NCBI GenBank assembly: GCA_963810495.1
Contig: CAWENP010000019.1
Coordinates: 8,710-72,709 of the forward strand
Source of the DNA: an uncultured delta proteobacterium
GTDB taxonomy: Bacteria > Desulfobacterota > Binatia > Binatales > Binataceae
Direction of reading: 5' to 3'
Length of the DNA stretch: 64,000 nucleotides
The notes under the pieces are model-generated. The model was not told where the DNA came from. It did no database searches and worked only from the letters and a program-made list of their open reading frames with translations. Positions 38,817 to 45,739 of the stretch are shown here, piece after piece. The first letter of the stretch is position 1. Each line of letters starts with the position of its first letter. Position numbers and translations under genes: made by a program.

Positions 38817-40112
38817 TTATGCCTTCACCAGCCTGAGCCCGGCAGGTCGCAGCGCGAAACCGTCGTCGTCCCCATCCTCGCGCTCGCGGCCGAAGCTCTC
38901 GAGCCCATAGCGCATGAGCATCCGGTAGAGCGTGGTGCGCGAGACGCCTAAAATCCGCGCGGCCCGCTGCCGATTGCCGCGCGCGTGTTTCAGCGCGCTC
39001 ACCAGCGCGTCGCGGGTAAGCTCGCGCAGCGAAGAGGGTGTGGACCGGACGGGCTCAGAGTCAGGAGCCGGTCCGGCCCCGACGGATTGCGCGGAGGAGG
39101 ACGCAACCGTCGCGGCGACGCCAGGCCTGGAAGGCAGCCGGGCGGCCAGAACGTCGCCGGGGAAACTTTCGAGATCGATACGGTCGGAATCGCTGAGCAG
39201 CAGCGCACAGCGGATCGCATGTTCCAGCTCGCGTACGTTGCCCGGCCATTCATGCGCGAGCAAACGCTCCATCGCACGGCGCGAGATAAACCTGACGCTG
39301 GTGCCGAATTCGCGATTGCAGCGCTCCACGAAAAGGCTCAATAGCGCGTCGATCGCCTCGAGCCGCTCGCGCAGCGGCGGCACCACCACCGAGGCGACGT
39401 TGAGCCGGTAGAACAGGTCGCCGCGAAAGCGCCCCGCTTCCACCGCCTTGCGCAGGTCGCGGTTGGTCGCCGCGACAATCTGAACGCCGACCTTGTAAGT
39501 GCGGGTCGAGCCAACCGGCTGGACTTCATGGTATTCGACCGCGCGCAACAGCTTGGCCTGCAAACCCATCGGCATCTCGCCGACCTCGTCGAGGAACAGC
39601 ACGCCGCCCTCGGCCGCCCTGAAGTAGCCTTGCGAATCCTCACGGGCGTCGGTGAAAGCGCCCTTGACGTGGCCAAAGAGCTGGGATTCGGCCAGCGTTT
39701 CAACCAGGTTGGAACAATTGAACGTGACAAAGGGCCCGCGCGGCTCGGGGCGCAGGTTCCATACCGCGCGCGCCACCAGTTCCTTGCCGGTGCCCGATTC
39801 GCCATGGATCAGGACGGTCGTGCGATGGGCGCTCAGACGCGCGAGCAATCGCATCAGGTCAGCCATCCCGGCCGACTTCACAACCATCTCGCCGACCTGA
39901 CCCGCGCGGCGCATCAGACCAAGGTCGAGCCAGTCGCCGTCGGTCCCATACGCCCCGGCGCTCGCGGCCAGACGTTCCATCACTTCAGCAATTCGCACTT
40001 CGGCAATTCGATTCAACAAGCAAAACCCCTTATCTTCGGTCTTTCCCCGTTCCCCGGTCGGGCGTAGAAGATTCGCCAGACGTAGACTCAATCCGAGCAA
40101 TTGCCATGCCAT
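38817..40112 (-). CDS. sigma54-dependent transcriptional activator (bEBP) lacking a recognisable N-terminal sensor domain
   Basis: AAA+ Walker A GESGTGKE, GAFTDA (a GAFTGA variant), ESQLFGH, Walker B LFLDEVGEM, C-terminal Fis-type HTH RAARILGVSRTTLYRML. An alternative start at ATG 39980 exists. Confidence 0.85.
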   Translation of the reverse strand: MAWQLLGLSLRLANLLRPTGERGKTEDKGFCLLNRIAEVRIAEVMERLAASAGAYGTDGDWLDLGLMRRAGQVGEMVVKSAGMADLMRLLARLSAHRTTVLIHGESGTGKELVARAVWNLRPEPRGPFVTFNCSNLVETLAESQLFGHVKGAFTDAREDSQGYFRAAEGGVLFLDEVGEMPMGLQAKLLRAVEYHEVQPVGSTRTYKVGVQIVAATNRDLRKAVEAGRFRGDLFYRLNVASVVVPPLRERLEAIDALLSLFVERCNREFGTSVRFISRRAMERLLAHEWPGNVRELEHAIRCALLLSDSDRIDLESFPGDVLAARLPSRPGVAATVASSSAQSVGAGPAPDSEPVRSTPSSLRELTRDALVSALKHARGNRQRAARILGVSRTTLYRMLMRYGLESFGREREDGDDDGFALRPAGLRLVKA

Positions 40113-40444
40113 GGAGAAATATTGCCTAAAAATACCTGTTAAAGAGAAAATAAGAGAGAGTTAGGACGATAAAAGTGTGGTGAATCAGTCTATTCATGTT
40201 GCTCTAATGCAACCATATTTAGCTAAATTAGGCATATTTGAGCGCCCGACGAGTACCAGAAATGCCGCCCCCGCGGGCGACAACTGGCGGTGCGAAGAAT
40301 TAGGCCCTCGTCCCTGATGGCTGTTCACCCGAGCGAGGCAGACGCGCTGGCTTGCGATGTTGCGTCGCGGCAACGTCCGGTTGCGGCCCCGCGCGTCATG
40401 CTAACCGAGGAACAATTTAACTCACTTTTGCCAACCATGTGTCG

Positions 40445-40460
40445 TGGCACGCGGTATGCT
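40445..40460 (+). promoter_or_regulatory. candidate sigma54 (-24/-12) promoter
   Basis: TGGCACG-CGGT-ATGCT versus consensus TGGCACG-N4-TTGCW, with correct GG/GC spacing. It lies 110 nt upstream of ATG 40570 and divergent from the bEBP gene. Confidence 0.55.
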
Positions 40461-40569
40461 GCTGCCACCGCTAGGGTCGCACGGGGTTTAGTTAACGGTT
40501 TGAGCGCAGCACGGCGGGTTTTTCCGCCCTACGGGAGTAGCACGCTCCGCATCGAACGAGCGGCTGATA

Positions 40570-40830
40570 ATGAGCGTGGATCGTACGATCTTCAAAAAGC
40601 GCCTCTCGTTCACGCGCGCTCCCGACTGGGTGCAATGCGAGCTCTGCCAGCGCAACGGCGAGCATCTGCCGGCGCGCTTCGTGGTTGCGGTGGACGACGA
40701 ATCGGATCGGCCGCCACCGATTGAATCGAAAACCCTGCGGCTGCTCTGCATCGATTGCTCGGCCCTGGTCGAAGGCGCAATCGACGCCGCCGAGTGGAAG
40801 CGCCGGACCAACTTCAGCGTCGCGGAGTGA
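40570..40830 (+). CDS. small hypothetical protein with CxxC...CxxC (zinc-ribbon-like)
   Basis: 86 aa with balanced composition, CELC and CIDC pairs. It is followed by a strong hairpin. The overlapping 144-aa ORF at 40290..40724 looks non-coding. Confidence 0.45.
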   Translation: MSVDRTIFKKRLSFTRAPDWVQCELCQRNGEHLPARFVVAVDDESDRPPPIESKTLRLLCIDCSALVEGAIDAAEWKRRTNFSVAE

Positions 40831-40884
40831 TCAATCGGGGGTGGAAAAGTTACGGGGGGGCTGAGGTTAGAAAGGGGGGAGAAA

Positions 40885-40910
40885 AGGGGCCGGCGGAAAC
40901 GCCGGCCCCT
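40885..40910. terminator. bidirectional intrinsic terminator candidate
   Basis: AGGGGCCGGCG-GAAA-CGCCGGCCCCT flanked by an A-run (5') and TTTGCATTT (3'). It lies between convergent genes 40570..40830 and 40976..41575. Confidence 0.65.
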
Positions 40911-40975
40911 TTGCATTTCACCGCTCGGACAGGATTCGGTTCCGCGTACTTGCGACTAGGCCGGGCTCGGTGGCC

Positions 40976-41575
40976 TCAGCGGTCAGGGGTGCTCACGCCC
41001 CGAGAAGAGAGCGGCGGCCCGGGGCCGATAAACTCGCGCAGCCGCTCGAACCATATCAGCTTGTGTTTGAAGCCGGGAAAGCTCGCGTTGAGGCCGCTCG
41101 GGTTGGGCAGCACGAAAACTTTGGCGCCGCAAAAGAGCTCGGTCTTGGGGCCGGCGCCGGCGGTCGCGGCCTCACTGAGAGGCAGGCCTGAAGCCCTGCG
41201 CGGAACCTTACCGACGAACTCGCGGAAGAACTCGCGATAGATGGTCACGCCGACGAAGGCGACTACCTCGGGCCTTAGACGCCGGACCTTGGCCACCAGC
41301 CGCTGCTTGCCGCGCTCGATCTCTTCGCGCCCCAACTCGGCGGCGGCGCGCGTGGCGCGCGGGCAGAGATTGGTAAGTGCGAGGCCGAATTCGACGAGCC
41401 GGCGATCCTCAGTATGCGTCAATTCGACCGGCACCAGACGGCCCGCATGCAGCAGCCGCCAAAACGGATTGCCCGGGCCGGCGAAGTGATGGCCGACCGC
41501 CTCGGAACGCAAACTCGGATTGATCCCGACGAACAGCACTCGGGGCCTGGGCGTGAGGATATCGCTGAGCGGCAC
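40976..41575 (-). CDS. mug: G/U mismatch-specific DNA glycosylase (UDG family 2, Mug-like)
   Basis: VLFVGINPS, GHHFAGPGNPFW, VLPNPSGLN. Confidence 0.8.
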   Translation of the reverse strand: MPLSDILTPRPRVLFVGINPSLRSEAVGHHFAGPGNPFWRLLHAGRLVPVELTHTEDRRLVEFGLALTNLCPRATRAAAELGREEIERGKQRLVAKVRRLRPEVVAFVGVTIYREFFREFVGKVPRRASGLPLSEAATAGAGPKTELFCGAKVFVLPNPSGLNASFPGFKHKLIWFERLREFIGPGPPLSSRGVSTPDR

Positions 41576-41761
41576 GCGTCAATTACTACGCTATCAGCAG
41601 TCCGGAAAGAAATATTGCGGACCCGAGCAAATCGAGTTTGAGACGGGCCCGCTCCAACGCCTGATCCGTCGCCCGTCGGGCCAACAACGGGTATCGTATC
41701 GTCTGATCGTCTGCGCGAGGCCAAAGCGTCGCGAAGCAAAGGTCCGCGGAGCCAAAAACCT

Positions 41762-42454
41762 ATGAAACCTATGGATCAGATCGAACTGTTCGAGGCGATC
41801 TACTCGGCACGCGCGCTAAGAAAGTTCCGTCCCGACCCGGTCCCCGACGAGCTGATCTCGAAGATCCTCAACGCCGCGATCCAGGCGCCCTCGGGCGGCA
41901 GCCGGCAGCAATGGCTGTTCGTAGTGGTGAAGGACGTCGAGCAGCGGCAGCGGCTCGCCGCCATCTACAAAAAGGCGGCGGAAATCGTGGCCGCGTTTTA
42001 CGCCGTGCGCCCCCGCCCCGCGCATGTTGACGAGGCGGGGTATCGGCGGATGCTCGCGTCGGGAAGCTATCTCTACGAACACATGGATGAGGCTCCGGTT
42101 CTGCTGGTGCCGTGCATCAGGCCCGAGGCGCTGAAATTCCCGCCGCTTGCGCAGCGCGTCGATCAGGCGGCGCTTGCGACCCAGATCGATCGTACCAAGT
42201 GCGCGAGCATCTATCCGGCGGTCCAGAACGTCATCCTCGCCTGTCGCGCCCTGGGACTGGGCACCGTGATCACGACCAATCACCTCATCTACGAGGACGA
42301 GGTCAGGGAGGTGCTGGGATTGCCGTCGGAGATTCAGACGCATGCGCTGATGCCGATCGGCTATCCGCGCGGCAGGTTCGGCCCGATGCGCCGTCGCCCG
42401 CTCGCCGAGATTGCGATGCTCGACCGCTTCGGCAACGCCTGGAAAGCGACCTGA
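41762..42454 (+). CDS. nitroreductase-family protein
   Basis: SARALRKFRPDPVPDELISKILNAAIQAPSGGSRQQW, IYPAVQNVILACRALGLG. Confidence 0.8.
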   Translation: MKPMDQIELFEAIYSARALRKFRPDPVPDELISKILNAAIQAPSGGSRQQWLFVVVKDVEQRQRLAAIYKKAAEIVAAFYAVRPRPAHVDEAGYRRMLASGSYLYEHMDEAPVLLVPCIRPEALKFPPLAQRVDQAALATQIDRTKCASIYPAVQNVILACRALGLGTVITTNHLIYEDEVREVLGLPSEIQTHALMPIGYPRGRFGPMRRRPLAEIAMLDRFGNAWKAT

Positions 42455-42482
42455 CCGGGCGTTACCTGCACACGGCTCTAAC

Positions 42483-43013
42483 ATGCCTCCGCTAAGCCAA
42501 ATGCTGGTGCAGTGGCACGATTTCTACGCTCTGATCGGCGGCGCATCCGCGACTCTGGTCGCGCTCATCTTTGTCGCCGCGTCGATCGGGGCCGAAGTCT
42601 TCACGGCCAAACATCAGGCCGGCATCCGTTCTTTCCTTTCGCCGACGGTGGTGCACTTCACCGCGGTGCTGGTTATCTGCCTGCTCGCGTGCATCCCGAC
42701 CGAAACCTGGGGTCTTCTCGGCGCTCTCCTCGGATGCGTCGGCGTTATCGGCCTGGTCTACTCGGGTTGGGTCTGGCGCAGGATGATGAAGCACGGCATC
42801 GTCGCCTCGATCGATACCGTTGACCGCCTCTGGTATGCGCTGCTGCCGATTCCCGCCTACCTACTGATCATAGCGGCAGCGCTGAGTCTTTGGAGAGAAT
42901 CCGCGTTCAGCCTGGACATCCTCGCATCAGCGCTGATCCTGCTGTTGCTCATCGGGATCAGAAACGCGTGGGACATGACGGTGTGGATCATCGACCGCCG
43001 CGGGCGACAATGA
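42483..43013 (+). CDS. hypothetical integral membrane protein (about 5 TM helices)
   Basis: ATG 42483. Successive hydrophobic segments. No family recognised. Confidence 0.45.
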   Translation: MPPLSQMLVQWHDFYALIGGASATLVALIFVAASIGAEVFTAKHQAGIRSFLSPTVVHFTAVLVICLLACIPTETWGLLGALLGCVGVIGLVYSGWVWRRMMKHGIVASIDTVDRLWYALLPIPAYLLIIAAALSLWRESAFSLDILASALILLLLIGIRNAWDMTVWIIDRRGRQ

Positions 43014-43067
43014 GCATCTAACCTAGGATCATCCGTCAAACCCAGGGCGGCGATCTCGAAGTAAGCC

Positions 43068-44057
43068 TCAGCCGCCGATCTGGTACATCGAACGGTCGCG
43101 CGTCGAGCGGCCCTCGAGCAGGTGATGGCCGGTCGGCTTGAGTTCCACAGCGCGCACCAGGATGCGCGCCACCGCCTCCATCCCGCCGCCCGTGCGAATG
43201 GCCTTCCGCACGTCCATCTCGTCGTCGTTCAAAAGGCAGAGATGGAACTTGCCGTCGGCCGTGAGGCGCATCCGGTTGCAGGTTCCGCAATAGGGCTCGC
43301 TCACCGGGCTGATGAAGCCGACCACGCCGCTCGCGCCCGGAAGCGTATAGTTGCGCGCCTCGTCGGAGGGATTGCTGGATTCGAGCTCCATCAGCGGGCC
43401 GAGCGCCACTTCGATCCGCCGCCGCGTCTCGATATTCGACACGTAGCGCTTGATCGAGAGCGTCGCGCACTCGCCACCACCGAGCGGCATCAGCTCGATA
43501 AACCGCACGTGCCAGTCGCGCGCGATCGTCAGCGCGGCGAGATCGACCACGTCTTCCTCGTTGTAGCCGGCCGCGACCACCGCGTTGAGCTTGATCGGCA
43601 CCAGCCTAGCCGCTTCGGCGGCCATGATGCCCTCCCATACGTGCGCGAAGCTGCCCCATCGCATCTGGCGCTCGACGGTAAGCGGATTGAGGCTGTCGAG
43701 ATGGACATTGATACGCTTAAGGCCGGCCGCCCGCAGCGGCATCGCGAGCTTAGGCAGCAGCAGCGCGTTGGTGGTGAGCGCGAGGTCGCCGAGCCCGGGC
43801 ACCGCCGCGAGCCGCTCGACGATCTCGAGCAAATCGGCGCGCAGCGTCGGCTCGCCGCCGGTCAGGCGAAACTTGCGAAAGCCGACGCTGACGGCGGCGC
43901 GCACCACCAGCTCGATTTCCGCGGGCGTCAAAAGCTCGTCACGGGGCAGGAACCGCAAACCGTCGAGCGGCATGCAGTAGACGCATCGGAGATTGCAGTT
44001 GTCGATAACCGAGATGCGCAGGTAGTCGATTTCGCGGTTGAACGAATCTATTGGCAT
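43068..44057 (-). CDS. moaA: GTP 3',8-cyclase (molybdenum cofactor biosynthesis protein A)
   Basis: YLRISVIDNCNLRCVYCMP radical-SAM cluster, LTGGEPT, C-terminal CGTCNRMRLTADGKFHLCL, ending GG. The start could be as far upstream as 44165. Confidence 0.9.
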   Translation of the reverse strand: MPIDSFNREIDYLRISVIDNCNLRCVYCMPLDGLRFLPRDELLTPAEIELVVRAAVSVGFRKFRLTGGEPTLRADLLEIVERLAAVPGLGDLALTTNALLLPKLAMPLRAAGLKRINVHLDSLNPLTVERQMRWGSFAHVWEGIMAAEAARLVPIKLNAVVAAGYNEEDVVDLAALTIARDWHVRFIELMPLGGGECATLSIKRYVSNIETRRRIEVALGPLMELESSNPSDEARNYTLPGASGVVGFISPVSEPYCGTCNRMRLTADGKFHLCLLNDDEMDVRKAIRTGGGMEAVARILVRAVELKPTGHHLLEGRSTRDRSMYQIGG

Positions 44058-44350
44058 GCTTGCCTGGTGGTGAAAGCCGTCGAGCGTGTCTCTTGTAAGC
44101 TCGCGGCAGCGGGCTTCGCTGCGCCCGAGCCCCTGTTTCATTGTAGTCGGGCGCGATGCGCGCATACAACCACGCCTTCTCCGGCGAGCGTTTCTGACTC
44201 TGGCCTCTCCCCCAGTTGTCTTGGGGGAGGAAGAATTGCCGATCTTATTGTTCCGGCTTGCGCCGGTCTGACTTCTTCCGCTTGCGCCGGTCTGTCAGAG
44301 CGCTCCGCGATCCATTAGAGTTGGGGCCCGCGCCCATCTTGTTGCTCGCG

Positions 44351-45217
44351 ATGCCTCCCAAGACTCCAAAGACTCCCAAAACTGCCCGCACCGCGCCTGA
44401 AGATAACCGGCCGGTTATCGAGCTCCCGGTGATCGAGGTCGCGGGCCTCCGCGTCGACCGCGACGCGCTCATCCTCGACGCGGTCGACTGGCGCGTGGAC
44501 ACCGGCCAGCACTGGGTCATCCTCGGCGCCAACGGCTCGGGCAAGACCTCGCTCTTGAGCGTGCTCACCGGCTACCTCGCGCCGACCGCCGGCACGATCA
44601 GCGTGTTGGGCGAGACCTACGGCCGCGCGGACTGGCGCGAGTTGCGCACCCGGATCGGTCTGGTCAGCTCGTCGATCCATCAGCTGATGCCGCCGCACGA
44701 GAGCGCGCTCAACGCGGTCCTGAGCGGGCGACGCGCGATGATAGGGATGTGGGGCGAAGCGGGCGAGGCCGATTCAAGGCGCGCCGGCGAAATTCTGCGC
44801 GAGGTCGAGGCCGCGTATTTGAGCGAGCGCCCTTGGCGTTTTCTTTCCCAGGGCGAGCGCCAGCGGGTGCTGATCGGGCGCGCGCTGATGGCCGATCCGC
44901 GCCTGCTGGTGCTCGACGAGCCGTGCGCCGGTCTCGACCCGGTCGCGCGCGAACATTTCCTGGCCTTCATCGAGCGGCTGCTCGGCCGCCGCGACGCTCC
45001 CACCCTGGTCCTGGTCACCCATCACGTCGAGGAAATCGTCGCCGGCTTCTCCCACGTCCTGGTGCTGCGCGCGGGTAAAGTGCTCACTGCCGGTTCGCGC
45101 GAAAGCGTGATGACCTCGGCGACGCTGAGCCGCGCCTTCGACGCGCCGGTGCAACTGGCGGCAAACGGCGGGCGTTACTCGCTCGCCGTCGGCGCGGAAC
45201 CATCCAAGGTTGTTTGA
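44351..45217 (+). CDS. orphan ABC ATPase (ModF/YlmA-like, no adjacent permease)
   Basis: Walker A GANGSGKTS, signature LSQGERQR, Walker B LLVLDEP, VTHHVEE. N-terminal PKTPKTPKT. Confidence 0.7.
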   Translation: MPPKTPKTPKTARTAPEDNRPVIELPVIEVAGLRVDRDALILDAVDWRVDTGQHWVILGANGSGKTSLLSVLTGYLAPTAGTISVLGETYGRADWRELRTRIGLVSSSIHQLMPPHESALNAVLSGRRAMIGMWGEAGEADSRRAGEILREVEAAYLSERPWRFLSQGERQRVLIGRALMADPRLLVLDEPCAGLDPVAREHFLAFIERLLGRRDAPTLVLVTHHVEEIVAGFSHVLVLRAGKVLTAGSRESVMTSATLSRAFDAPVQLAANGGRYSLAVGAEPSKVV

Positions 45218-45431
45218 TCGGCGAAAACGCGATCGATTCGCCGCGCAGCGTCACGTGGGTGACGATTTTCTCCATCCTCTCAACGCTTTTCCCTATCGTC
45301 TCATAGGATCAAACCTGATAGGTTTTAGGTTTAGTGGCAGTCCCGTGAAGGCACGCCGCGTGAGAGTCGGTTGAGCGCGGTTTGCGACGGGTGGGATAGA
45401 AGCTAAGGCGGGGTCGCGGGAAAAAAATACC

Positions 45432-45584
45432 ATGGGATGGAAGCTCACGTTCGCGCTGGTGCTGGTTTCGGTCGCCGTGGTTTCGGCATTGGCGGCCGGC
45501 GGCGAGCCGGAAAATGAAGCGGTGGTGCAGGAAGAGGCGGCAAAGCAACTGAGCGCGCTGCGGGAGTATCTGCTCAGGCGCTGA
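45432..45584 (+). CDS. possible small secreted peptide (50 aa)
   Basis: MGWKLTFALVLVSVAVVSALAAGGEPENEAVVQEEAAKQLSALREYLLRR. It is below the track cutoff, has a weak RBS, and is followed by the 16-nt palindrome GACCCGGTACCGGGTC. Confidence 0.25.
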   Translation: MGWKLTFALVLVSVAVVSALAAGGEPENEAVVQEEAAKQLSALREYLLRR

Positions 45585-45694
45585 CCCGGTACCGGGTCAC
45601 CCAAACCAAAATTGGCAGCCCACGACGGACACCGGCTCGCGCCGCGCCCGGGGGTGCAGTCTGCTACGCGCCCTCCGCACCTCCCTGATTGTCA

Positions 45695-45739
45695 GGATTT
45701 CCCGGACTTGCCGGATTTCCCGGATTTCCCGGACTTGCG
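45695..45739 (+). repeat. five tandem 9-bp units (GGATTTCCC / GGACTTGCC) abutting the MMPL start codon
   Basis: GGATTTCCC GGACTTGCC GGATTTCCC GGATTTCCC GGACTTGCG, then ATG 45740. Confidence 0.85.

Noticed and set aside
40290-40724. 144-aa ORF in the intergenic region next to the sigma54 activator
   Set aside because: It has Arg/Ala-rich low-information composition. The candidate -24/-12 promoter lies inside it. The overlapping 86-aa frame (40570..40830) has more protein-like composition and paired CxxC motifs. Neither is proven.
45695-45739. Considered whether the 9-bp tandem array, or the other short repeats in the window, could be a CRISPR array
   Set aside because: The units are contiguous with no spacers and far shorter than CRISPR repeats. 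No cas genes are present in the window.
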